Shown here in pieces: positions 8,723 to 17,573 of a stretch of DNA of 64,000 nt. A program made the position numbers and the translations under genes. Location: assembly GCA_965116635.1 (NCBI GenBank), contig OZ220710.1, positions 2,010,549-2,074,548 on the forward strand, in the 5' to 3' direction. Position 1 is the stretch's first letter. Each line of letters begins with the position of its first letter. The DNA is from Thermodesulfobacteriota bacterium (GTDB lineage: Bacteria > Desulfobacterota > Binatia > UBA9968 > JAJDTQ01). The notes beneath the pieces were generated by a model. That model worked only from the letters and a program-made list of their open reading frames with translations. It was not told the DNA's origin and did no database searches.

Positions 8723-11514
8723 TTTCCGCCCTCGGCCGGGTAAACCCCGATGGCGCCGCCCAGCAGCGTGCTGTCATAGCCCATTGCCTGTCCCGGCGCC
8801 CCGTCCGCGGCGCCGTCCCGCTTCTCCCCGGCACCGGTTCCGGGCTCCGGATACACCAGGTCGCCCGGCGGCGGCCCCGATGCCACCGCGGCCTGCGAGA
8901 CGATGAACACGTCCTCCCACGGCATCATCGCCGCGCCGCGCAGCAGCTCCTGAATCCCCGGGGCCTTCTCGTAAACGTCCGGATACAGCACCACCCGGGC
9001 GTCCAGGGAATGGCCGATGGCGCCGCATTGACGCGCCACCTCCAGGGCCTTCAACACCTCGCCGCGCAAATCCAGCCGGAGCTCCCATTCGGCCGCCAGC
9101 GCCGGGTCCGACAAGGTCTCGTCCGGTTCCGGAATGGGCGAGAGCAGGATGCTGTCCGGGCCTGACGCGGTCCCGGGGACGTGTTCCCAGATCTCCTCGG
9201 CGGTGAACGAGATGACCGGCGCCATCAGGTGCACCAGAGTTTGCAGGATGCCGTGGAGCGCGGTCTGGGCCGACCGCCGCGCGGCGGAATCGGACCCCTC
9301 GCAGTAGAGCCGGTCCTTGACGATGTCCAGGTAGAGGGAACTCAGGTCCACGCTGCAGTAGTTGTTCAACGCGTGATAGACGACGTGGAACTCGAACCTG
9401 TCGAAGGCCTCCAGACAGCGCCCCAGCAACCGCTGGTTGCGGTCAAGGATCCAGCGGTCCAGCGGCTCCAGGGCGTCGGGCTCCACCGCGTCGGCGGCGG
9501 GGTCGAAATCATGGAGGTTGCCGACGAGGAAACGGGCGGTGTTGCGCAGCCGCCGGTACGACTCCACCAGCCGCTTCAGGATCTCGTCGGAAATGCGGAC
9601 GTCGTCGCGGTAGTCCTCGGCCGCCACCCAGAGCCGGATGATGTCGGCGCCGAATTTCTTGATGATCTCCTGCGGCGCGGTGACGTTGCCCAGGGACTTG
9701 GACATCTTGTAGCCCTTGCCGTCCAGCACGAAGCCGTGGGTCAGCACGCCGTCATAAGGAGCCCGGCCGCGGTTGGCCACGGAGGTCAGGAGCGAGGTGT
9801 GGAACCAGCCCCGGTGCTGGTCGCTGCCTTCGAGGTAGAGGTCCGCCCTGCCGCCCAGCTCGGGACGGCGTTCCACCACCGCGGCATGGCTCACGCCGGA
9901 GTCGAACCAGACATCCAGGATGTCCTCTTCCTTGGAAAACCGCGTGGAGCCGCAACGCTGGCAGCAAAAACCCGGAGGCGCCAACTCTTCCGGCGGCCGC
10001 TCGAACCACGCGTCGGACCCTTCCCGCTCGAACAGCCCGGCCACGTGCTCGCACAACGCCTCGCTCAAGTGCGTCTCGCCGCAGTCCATGCAGTACAGCA
10101 CCGGGATCGGAACGCCCCAGGAACGCTGCCGCGAGATGCACCAGTCGGGACGGTTGGCCATCATGCCGGTGATGCGGTCCTGTCCCCAGGGCGGGATCCA
10201 CTGGACCTGCTCGATGGCGTCGAGGGAGCCTTGCCGCAAACCGGTGTGGGCCATGGAGATGAACCACTGCTCGGTGGCGCGGAACAGCACCGGCTTCTTG
10301 CAGCGCCAGCAATGCGGGTAGCTGTGATCGATTTCCTGGGACTTGAGCAGTCTGTTCTCTTCGCGGAGCCGGTCGATGATCCGGGGGTTGGCGTCGAAGA
10401 CCATCTGGCCTTGCAACTCCCCCGCCTCCGCGGTGAACCGGCCGTTGCCGTCCACCGGCGCGTAGGCGTCGAGGCCATAACGCTGGCCCGCCTCGAAGTC
10501 CTCGTGGCCGTGTCCCGGCGCCACGTGGACACATCCGGTGCCCTGCTCCGCGGTGACGAACTCCCCCAGGATGACGATGGACTCCCGATCGAGCCACGGG
10601 TGCGAGCAGACGATGCCCTCCAGCTCGGCCCCGGACCAGGAGCCTTCCAGCACGTCGAACTCCCCGGCCGCGTATCCGAAGACTTCCATCAGCGAGGACA
10701 GCAGCTCTTCCGCCACCACCAGCACCCCCGCGGGGGTGCGCACACTCCGGTACCGCATCCTCGGATGCAGCGCGATGGCCTGGTTCGCCGGCAGCGTCCA
10801 GGGCGTGGTGGTCCAGATGGCGAAGGCGGCGCCGGCGGCGTCCGGCAGCTTCCCCTTGGCGTCCTTGACCGGGAATTGCACGTAGACCGACGGGGTGGTC
10901 TGGTTGTCGTACTCGACCTCGGCCTCGGCCAGCGCCGTGGCGCAGGAAGCGCACCAGTAGACCGGCTTCTTGCTCCGGTACATGGAACCGCTGGCCATGA
11001 ACTTGCCGAGCTCGCGCACCTCGGTGGCTTCGTACTCGTAGTCGATGGTCCGGTAGGGTTCCGCCCAACGGCCCAGCACCCCCAGCCGCTTGAACTCCTC
11101 CCGCTGGACCCCGATGAACTTCTCCGCGTGGGCGCGGCACAGCTTGCGGACCTCGACCTTGCTAAGCCGGTTCTTCTTCTCCCGGCCCAGGCTCTTCTCC
11201 ACCTGAAGCTCGATGGGCAGCCCGTGACAGTCCCAGCCGGGGATGTAGGGCGTGCAGTAGCCTCTCATGCTTTTGTACTTGACGATGATGTCCTTGAGGA
11301 TCTTGTTGAGCGCGTGCCCGATGTGGATGCGCTCGTTGGCGTACGGCGGACCGTCGTGCAGGATGAACTTGGGACGCCCGAGATTGGCCTCCACCATCTT
11401 CGCGTGGATGTCCTCACGCTCCCACTTCTCCGCCTGAACCGGTTCCTTCTGCGGCAGGTTCCCCCGCATGGGAAACGTGGTCCTGGGGAGGTTGAGCGTG
11501 TCTTTGTAGTCCAT
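8602..11514 (-). CDS. ileS: isoleucine--tRNA ligase
   Basis: 970 aa with HIGH (PYANERIHIGHAL) and KMSKS (KMSKSLGN) motifs, a CP1 editing domain and a C-terminal zinc-binding CxxC...CxxC. Confidence 0.95.
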   Translation of the reverse strand: MDYKDTLNLPRTTFPMRGNLPQKEPVQAEKWEREDIHAKMVEANLGRPKFILHDGPPYANERIHIGHALNKILKDIIVKYKSMRGYCTPYIPGWDCHGLPIELQVEKSLGREKKNRLSKVEVRKLCRAHAEKFIGVQREEFKRLGVLGRWAEPYRTIDYEYEATEVRELGKFMASGSMYRSKKPVYWCASCATALAEAEVEYDNQTTPSVYVQFPVKDAKGKLPDAAGAAFAIWTTTPWTLPANQAIALHPRMRYRSVRTPAGVLVVAEELLSSLMEVFGYAAGEFDVLEGSWSGAELEGIVCSHPWLDRESIVILGEFVTAEQGTGCVHVAPGHGHEDFEAGQRYGLDAYAPVDGNGRFTAEAGELQGQMVFDANPRIIDRLREENRLLKSQEIDHSYPHCWRCKKPVLFRATEQWFISMAHTGLRQGSLDAIEQVQWIPPWGQDRITGMMANRPDWCISRQRSWGVPIPVLYCMDCGETHLSEALCEHVAGLFEREGSDAWFERPPEELAPPGFCCQRCGSTRFSKEEDILDVWFDSGVSHAAVVERRPELGGRADLYLEGSDQHRGWFHTSLLTSVANRGRAPYDGVLTHGFVLDGKGYKMSKSLGNVTAPQEIIKKFGADIIRLWVAAEDYRDDVRISDEILKRLVESYRRLRNTARFLVGNLHDFDPAADAVEPDALEPLDRWILDRNQRLLGRCLEAFDRFEFHVVYHALNNYCSVDLSSLYLDIVKDRLYCEGSDSAARRSAQTALHGILQTLVHLMAPVISFTAEEIWEHVPGTASGPDSILLSPIPEPDETLSDPALAAEWELRLDLRGEVLKALEVARQCGAIGHSLDARVVLYPDVYEKAPGIQELLRGAAMMPWEDVFIVSQAAVASGPPPGDLVYPEPGTGAGEKRDGAADGAPGQAMGYDSTLLGGAIGVYPAEGGKCERCWKYHPGVGAQADQPGVCPRCAEVLRSLPRAENAHA

Positions 11515-11647
11515 GAACTTCGTCCCTCACTTGCCGGCAAGCGACTTACGGAGCACCGAAACGACCATGAAAGATAATTGGTTCGGGCCGATGAGGCGGG
11601 CGTCAGGAGGACCGTCCGTGCTTGCATCCCTCCCGGAGGATTTCTAA

Positions 11648-11818
11648 CACAAAGCCGCGCCGGGAGTCTACGGGAAGTTGCGAATCGACCATGGGCCAGG
11701 CTATCGAGTGTATTACAAAAAGCAAGGCCGAAGGATCGTTGTTCTATTGGCTGGCGGCGAAAAGCGCTCTCAGACGAATGACATCAGAACCGCCTTGCGT
11801 CTAGCTCGAAATCTGTAG
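11648..11818 (+). pseudogene. truncated HigB/RelE-like addiction-module killer protein (C-terminal ~56 codons only)
   Basis: In-frame translation gives ...LRIDHGPGYRVYYKKQGRRIVVLLAGGEKRSQTNDIRTALRLARNL*, matching the conserved C-terminus of the toxin family paired with HigA-type antidotes. The frame is closed by TAA at 11645 and no N-terminal half is detectable. Not in the ORF track (under 60 aa). Confidence 0.5.
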
Positions 11819-11827
11819 GTACACGCC

Positions 11828-12160
11828 ATGACCAAGACTGTTACTACTCCCTACGATGTTGCCGAACACCTCCGCACCCCGGAGGGAATGGCTGCTTATT
11901 TGGAGGTTTGCCTTGAGGAGGCAAATGGAGATGCTGCGTTCATCGCCAAGGCGCTCGGCGACATAGCCCGTGCAAAGGGCATGTCTCAAGTGGCGCGTGA
12001 TGCCGGCCTATCTCGTGAAAGTCTTTACAAGGCGCTCTCTGGAGAGCGTACGCCTGCCTTTGACACAATCCTTAAGGTAATTGGTGCGCTGGGCTTGAAA
12101 TTGCACGCGGAAGCGGTTCTCGTCACTGACCCAACCGCCCAAAGCACTCCGAGTGACTGA
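11828..12160 (+). CDS. higA: addiction-module antidote protein (HigA family, XRE-like HTH)
   Basis: 110 aa. MTKTVTTPYDVAEHLRTPEGMAAYLE...FIAKALGDIARAKGMSQVARDAGLSRESLYKALSGERTPAFDTILKV is the canonical antidote sequence. It starts 10 nt after the toxin-remnant stop. Confidence 0.75.
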   Translation: MTKTVTTPYDVAEHLRTPEGMAAYLEVCLEEANGDAAFIAKALGDIARAKGMSQVARDAGLSRESLYKALSGERTPAFDTILKVIGALGLKLHAEAVLVTDPTAQSTPSD

Positions 12161-12550
12161 TGGCCCTACCGTCTCCACCTGTGCAACTCCTCTCCATGAC
12201 ACCGCGTGCAGTCCACTGTGGCTTTACATCGATCCCGCGGAAACCGACATACTATTGCGGAATCTGCGGCACACCCCCCCCGGCCACCTGAAACCCGGCA
12301 CCGCCCGCATCTTGCGGTATGCCTTGCCCGGTAGCCTTCTGTCTTCCCGTTGCCGTGCTCCCTTCAGTTGATGTAGGGAGTAGTGTACAAAATCACAAAG
12401 GGTTCGTCGTATTCTCTTGGGTTTCAAACTGAACGGCGCCGAGCCGAAGTACCGGCCCTGCATGATCAGATGAAACACGTTCTGGCGGGAGCGTTGCGAC
12501 GATGTCGTCGAGGACTGGAATCGTGCTCCGCCGCCACGGGAGGGCTGGCC

Positions 12551-12862
12551 ATGCACGCCGCAATCGCTGACAAGAAGGAAGACCTGGCGGAACTCTGCCG
12601 GCGCTACGGCGTAGCGCGGCTGGAAGTGTTCGGATCCGCGGCGCGCGGCACGGACTTCGATCCACAGTCCAGCGACGCCGACTTCCTCGTGGAGTTCAAT
12701 TCCGACGGCGTGTTGGCACCCTTCGACCAGTTCTTCGACCTAGCCGAGGCCTTGCGCCGCACCCTAGGCCGCCCGGTTGATCTTGTCGAGTCCGGCACGG
12801 TCCACAACCCGTATCTGCGTGCGGCCATCGAACGGTCGCGCGAACTCGTCTATGCTGGCTGA
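12551..12862 (+). CDS. nucleotidyltransferase (MNT-type antitoxin of HEPN/MNT pair)
   Basis: LEVFGSAARG...D.D motif (GS...D.D, Pol-beta-like NTase). ATG at 12551. Its stop overlaps the HepT start. Confidence 0.7.
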   Translation: MHAAIADKKEDLAELCRRYGVARLEVFGSAARGTDFDPQSSDADFLVEFNSDGVLAPFDQFFDLAEALRRTLGRPVDLVESGTVHNPYLRAAIERSRELVYAG

Positions 12863-13208
12863 TCCTCGCGTCCTGCTGTCGGATATCGACCAAGCCGGGG
12901 CGGATATCGAGCGGTTCATCGAAGGCATGGACCGCGGCGCCTATGCCGACGATGCGCTGACGCAGGCAGCGGTCGAACGCAAGTTCGAGATCATCGGCGA
13001 GGCATTGAACCGCCTGTAGAAGATCCGCCCTGATCTTGCCGAACGGATACCCCGTCACCGACGGATCATAGACTTCCGAAACCTGTTGATCCATGGTTAT
13101 GCAAGCGTGATGCCCGAGCGTGTCTGGGATAATGCCGAGAACCATCTGCCCGAGCTACGCCGGATAGTCCAAGCGCTGCTTGTCGAGTTGGGACCGCCGG
13201 ACGAATGA
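12852..13208 (+). pseudogene. HepT/DUF86 HEPN toxin interrupted by an in-frame TAG (13017-13019)
   Basis: Same frame before and after the amber codon. The downstream part encodes KIRPDLAERIPRHRRIIDFRNLLIHGYASV..., carrying the HEPN R-x4-H motif, so the catalytic motif lies after the stop. Confidence 0.6.
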
Positions 13209-13740
13209 TCGGGCTTTGGAGCAAGTCAACCTGTCCCAAAAAAAGGACGTCTATGGGGTTGCGTCCCGGTTCCGAGCGGGACCACAACCACTAAATTATG
13301 GGTGAGGACAATTCGAGGAGCAGGTCAGCGTTCTCCAGCCCTTCGATCACCACCGCCATCGTCTGCCGACGGTAGAAGCGCAGCACAACAGCCGGGAGTG
13401 GCTCCGAACCATCACAAGAGCATGCCGCCGCCCCCAGGGAAGCGTGGACGTCGCAAAGTCCACCTGCCCCTGCCGTCCCGCCGGCGTCTCGAACCGCACC
13501 GCCGCCCCCACCGGCTCCCGCGGCCGCACCGCCCCCCTCCCCCAGAAGTGGAACATTTCGATTGACACAAATGGGACATTTTCGGCTGACATTGACAGAT
13601 GTTGACGGCAACGAGGTGAGATGGCCGGGATACCTCGGCGGGGCTACCGCGAGGGGAACCGGGATTCTGTGCGTTGGCGCCGTTCACAGGGAGGCGCGTC
13701 CTGAGGACGAAGCACGTGACTCAGTGATGCGGCGGACGAA

Positions 13741-13778
13741 CACGGAGTTGGTGAACGCGCACGGAGTTGGTGAACGCG
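13741..13778. repeat. perfect tandem duplication, 2 x 19 bp (cacggagttggtgaacgcg)
   Basis: Read directly from the sequence. It lies in a non-coding-looking lower-GC stretch. Confidence 0.85.
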
Positions 13779-14182
13779 CATCGGCCAGGAGCCGGGTCGC
13801 GATGGAAATTCAATGGTCGTCTCAGACAAACGAGGAGACACTATGCCGGCAGGCGCGGTACGCGAAGTCGGGGGTTCGGTGTCTTTGGCTCTTCCGCCAC
13901 AGAGGCTCTCGACACGAGCCTCGGGATGCAGGACCCCGCCTTCTTCCGGCCGATATCCCGACTGTCGCGGGCAAAACCATGTGGCGGTTTCCTCGACGGC
14001 CCGGCGGCCGACCCAATCGCTTCCGTCATTGAAGCACGTTCATGCGCACGACCCAGAAATGAGCTGGTGCCTAATTGGTACCTGGCCGTTGAGCACTTCC
14101 AGCACCTCGGATCAAGCTACTTCCTAAACACGTGATTTAACATAGAAAATTTGTCAGATAGCTGGCGCGGGGAACTAGGTAA

Positions 14183-14269
14183 CCTTACCCCCACATACTC
14201 CTGGTCCTCATATTAATCTGCCGCATCGAAACCCACGTTCTTGTCGCCTTTATCGCCTACTGCCTGTTC
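14183..14269 (+). pseudogene. possible DDE transposase C-terminal remnant (IS4/IS1634-like)
   Basis: A short open frame encodes ...ICRIETHVLVAFIAYCLF, resembling the conserved C-terminal R[IV]..H[VI].[IV].F[IL]AY.L motif of IS4/IS1634/IS701-type transposases. No upstream transposase body is present. Very short, so weak. Confidence 0.25.
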
Positions 14270-14582
14270 GTGACTCCGGAAATCTCGCCCGTCCGTCCCC
14301 AGCCTCCCCCGTGCATCTTGGAAAACCTCCCTACTATACAGATGGCGGACGTCCATCGCTCCAAGACCGACGGCCGTCCTCTCGTCTTGCTCGCCATACC
14401 CGCCCCAACACGGGCCCGTCGGCTGGATTCACGCGCACCCCTGTGATATGAAACCCCGAATCCCGGCGGGCTTTCCGCCCGTTTCCATTCCCGCTGAAGC
14501 AGCGTTCCGCCTTTCCGTTCATCCGTATGAGCAACGAAACCCGGCGCGGGGCTCGGATCGGCGTTACCGAGGAGGAACCTCC

Positions 14583-15350
14583 ATGGCCAAGTCCCAAAAA
14601 GGCAGACCCGGTGCGCGCGAGCTCGGACGCCTCAAGAAAACCGTGGCCTTGGCCACCCGCATGCTCTTCCACCAGGGCCTTGCCGACTATCACGGCCACG
14701 TGAGCGCCCGGATTCCCGGCACCAACCGGCTGCTGATCAAGCCGGTGCTGGCGCCGCTGGGCTCCATCAAGAGCAAGGACATCATGGAGGTCGACATCGA
14801 CGACTACAAGAAGAACTGCGAGGCCAACTGGGCCAAGGCCGGCGACCAGAAGGCGGTGATCAAGCTCAAGGTCCCGCCCCGGGAGACCATGATCCACGCC
14901 GCCATCATGGAGGCCCGGCCGGACGTCAACTCGGTGGTCCATACGCACCAGCCGTTGGCCACGGCGTTTGCCGTGGCAGGCGTGCCGATCCGGCCCATCT
15001 ACAACCAGGCCGCCGCCTTCGCCCCCGAGACCCCCATTTTCCACAGCCCCCGGCTGATCTATACCGTCCAGGACGGCCTCGAAATAGCCGCGACGCTGGG
15101 CGAGTGCATGGCGATGCTGATGCAGGGACACGGCATCACCACGGTGGGCGACAGCGTGGAGCAGGCCGCCTCTCACGCCGTCTACCTCGAGCGGACGGCC
15201 CAAATGCAGTGGGTGGCCAGCACCATCGGACAGGCCGCGTCCATGCCCGGCCGCAACACCGCCATCATGGCGGCGACCAACAGCGGGCGGGCGCATCACG
15301 CGTTCGCGTATTTCACCGGCCTGATGCCCGACGAAATGAAGGAAGACTAG
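14583..15350 (+). CDS. class II aldolase/adducin family protein
   Basis: 255 aa with the aldolase-II fold signature (HGHVSARIP, HTHQP...). ATG at 14583 is preceded by GAGGAGG. The ORF-track start at 14448 is an upstream extension. Confidence 0.75.
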   Translation: MAKSQKGRPGARELGRLKKTVALATRMLFHQGLADYHGHVSARIPGTNRLLIKPVLAPLGSIKSKDIMEVDIDDYKKNCEANWAKAGDQKAVIKLKVPPRETMIHAAIMEARPDVNSVVHTHQPLATAFAVAGVPIRPIYNQAAAFAPETPIFHSPRLIYTVQDGLEIAATLGECMAMLMQGHGITTVGDSVEQAASHAVYLERTAQMQWVASTIGQAASMPGRNTAIMAATNSGRAHHAFAYFTGLMPDEMKED

Positions 15351-15436
15351 CCGTCCCGCGACGCGAACGAGATACGACCCACGGGCGGCCGGTCGCACGG
15401 GCCGCTTGAAACATCACACGACAAGGAAGGTGAAGC

Positions 15437-17005
15437 ATGGCTGAGGCGAACAGGCCGGAGTCGGCCGCGGGCCGTCCGATTCAGGATATCCGTGAGTGGC
15501 TGGATCGCGCGGAAGGGATCAACGAGCTGATTCAGATCGACAAGCCGGTGGACCGGGACGAGGAGATGAGCGCCATCACCTATCTGGTGGCCAAGCAGGA
15601 TCCGTCCCCGGCCATCCTCTTCGACAACCCCAAGGGGTATGAAGACAGCCCCATCGGCGCCCGGATGTTGTGGAACATCCTGGGGCCCAGCTCGAAACGC
15701 ATTGCCCTTACCATCGAGGAGCCGCCCGAAACGCCGACGCTGGAACTCATCCGGCGGCTCAAGGAGAAGATGAAGGACCGGATTCCGCCGCGCGAAGTGC
15801 CGGGGACCGAAGCCCCGGTGTTCGAGAACACCCTCAGCGGAGCGGATATCGACCTGGAGCAGTTGCCGATTCCCAGGCATTGGCCGCTGGACGGCGGCCG
15901 CTACGCGGGTACCGCCGACGCGGTCTTCACCCGCGACCCGGATTCCGGATACCTGAACGTCGGCACGTACCGCATGATGCTCCAGGGCAAGAACCAGGTG
16001 GGTCTCTACCTGTCGCCGGGCAAGGATGCGCGGCTTCACATCACCCGCTCTTGGGAACAAGGCAAGTCCGTGCCCGTGGCCGCGGCCTGGGGCATCGATC
16101 CGCTGTTCATGCTGGTGGGTTCCCAGACCTTTCCCAAGAACGTGTCGGAGTATGAGTTCGCCGGCGGCATCAAGGGCGAGGCGATCCCGGTGGTGCGCGC
16201 CCAGACCAGTGACCTGCTGCTGCCGGCCAACGCCGAGCTCGTGGTCGAAGGGGTCATCCACCCCAACTCGGTGAAGACCGAGGGGCCCTTCGGGGAGTTT
16301 CCCGGCTACTACGGCAGGCCGGAGGCGGGCTGCCCGCTGGTGGACATCACGCGGGTGCACTACCGCACCAACCCTGTCCTCACCAATGCCATCATGGCGG
16401 ACTACCCGTCCTGCGAGCAGAGCGGCTTTTTCGCCGTCATCCGCTCGGCCCGTATCTGGGACGACCTCGACAAGCTCGGCATCCCCGGCGTGCAGGGCGT
16501 CTACGCCCATCCGGCCGGAGCGGGAGGCTTCGGCATGACCGTCATCAGCCTGGAGCAGCGCTATGCCGGCCATGCCGCCCAGTGTCTGGCGCTGGCGGCC
16601 CAGGTGCCCGGCGGCGCCTACTACACCAAGTGGATCATCGCCGTGGACGAAGACATCGACCCCACGGACATGGACCAGGTCATCTGGGCCATGAGCAGCC
16701 GCTGCCATCCCATCGAGGACATCGACATCCTGCGCAACACCTGGAGCACGTGGCTGGATCCCACCCAGAACCCGCCGGAGGAACGGCCTTACGGCTCCAA
16801 GGCGTTGATCAACGCGTGCAAGGAGCACCGCTACCTGCCGGTGTTTTCCAAGCGGACCACGTTGAGCCGGGAGATGTACGACCAGGTGGCGGGACGCTGG
16901 AAAGAACTCGGGCTTCGGGGAACCATTCCCACGGTCCGGGCCTTCGAAGAAGAAAAGAAGGTCGTGTACCACGAGCAGGGCGGATTCGAGCCCGGGAAGA
17001 AATAG
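15437..17005 (+). CDS. UbiD-family (prFMN-dependent) decarboxylase
   Basis: 522 aa with UbiD-family length and motifs (PIPRHWPLDGGRYAGT..., EGPFGEFPGYYG). No UbiX/flavin prenyltransferase is present in the window. Confidence 0.85.
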   Translation: MAEANRPESAAGRPIQDIREWLDRAEGINELIQIDKPVDRDEEMSAITYLVAKQDPSPAILFDNPKGYEDSPIGARMLWNILGPSSKRIALTIEEPPETPTLELIRRLKEKMKDRIPPREVPGTEAPVFENTLSGADIDLEQLPIPRHWPLDGGRYAGTADAVFTRDPDSGYLNVGTYRMMLQGKNQVGLYLSPGKDARLHITRSWEQGKSVPVAAAWGIDPLFMLVGSQTFPKNVSEYEFAGGIKGEAIPVVRAQTSDLLLPANAELVVEGVIHPNSVKTEGPFGEFPGYYGRPEAGCPLVDITRVHYRTNPVLTNAIMADYPSCEQSGFFAVIRSARIWDDLDKLGIPGVQGVYAHPAGAGGFGMTVISLEQRYAGHAAQCLALAAQVPGGAYYTKWIIAVDEDIDPTDMDQVIWAMSSRCHPIEDIDILRNTWSTWLDPTQNPPEERPYGSKALINACKEHRYLPVFSKRTTLSREMYDQVAGRWKELGLRGTIPTVRAFEEEKKVVYHEQGGFEPGKK

Positions 17006-17227
17006 CCGGGCGACCCCGCGCGCGGTCTTTTGCGATGCGTAAAACCGCGATACGTCGGCGAATTTCACGGACGGGCACAGGCGTCTTGCCCATGCCGGAC
17101 CGCTGTGATATTCTTGGCCCGCTTTTGATTTAGCGACATTGGCGGATCAGTCGACGGTCAAGGCGTAACCGACGGTCGGCGTAGTTTCTGGAACAGGGCC
17201 TTTCGAAGCCGGAAGAAAAGGTGTCGG

Positions 17228-17560
17228 ATGGATATTCAAGAGGAAACCAAGGGATCACTTGTGGTGCTGGCGCCTAGCGGGCGCGTCGACGGTTTCACCA
17301 GCCCCGAGCTCGAGAAGCGGATCTCGGAGATCATCGAGCGCGGCGACCACCGGGTGCTGCTGGACTGCGCGAACATGGAATACATCAGCAGCGCCGGCTT
17401 GCGGGTGGTCCTGGTGAGCGCGAAGAAGTGCCAGAAGGAAGGCGGCAAGCTGGCGGTGTGCTCGCTGCAGCCTTCGTGCAAATCCGTGATGGAAGTCAGC
17501 GGATTCCTCAACATGCTCGAATACCACGACACCCGTGATGCCGCCCTGGCGGCAGAATAG
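17228..17560 (+). CDS. STAS-domain anti-sigma-factor antagonist
   Basis: 110 aa SpoIIAA-like protein with conserved phospho-Ser region (LDCANMEYISSAGLRVV). Confidence 0.8.
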   Translation: MDIQEETKGSLVVLAPSGRVDGFTSPELEKRISEIIERGDHRVLLDCANMEYISSAGLRVVLVSAKKCQKEGGKLAVCSLQPSCKSVMEVSGFLNMLEYHDTRDAALAAE

Positions 17561-17573
17561 GCGAGGCGGCGCC

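Noticed and set aside
9181-11577. 798 aa plus-strand ORF (and the nested 462 aa minus-frame ORF 9752..11140) across ileS
   Set aside because: They are antisense or alternative-frame to isoleucyl-tRNA synthetase, whose HIGH/KMSKS motifs fix the real frame.
13243-13290. tRNA-like hairpin (gtcccggttccgagcgggac...caacca) considered as a tRNA gene or fragment
   Set aside because: Only a T-arm/acceptor-like 3' portion can be drawn. The loop is 8-10 nt rather than 7, and no D-arm/anticodon arm or complementary 5' acceptor strand is present. Kept only as a possible att-site remnant in the findings, not as a feature.
13562-14032. 156 aa ORF in the decayed region
   Set aside because: No family resemblance. 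It lies across the tandem repeat and low-complexity sequence, and the region shows multiple short overlapping ORFs typical of non-coding DNA.
15347-17068. 573 aa minus-strand ORF antisense to the UbiD-family gene
   Set aside because: Arg/Gly/Ala-rich with no motifs. The UbiD frame is strongly supported.
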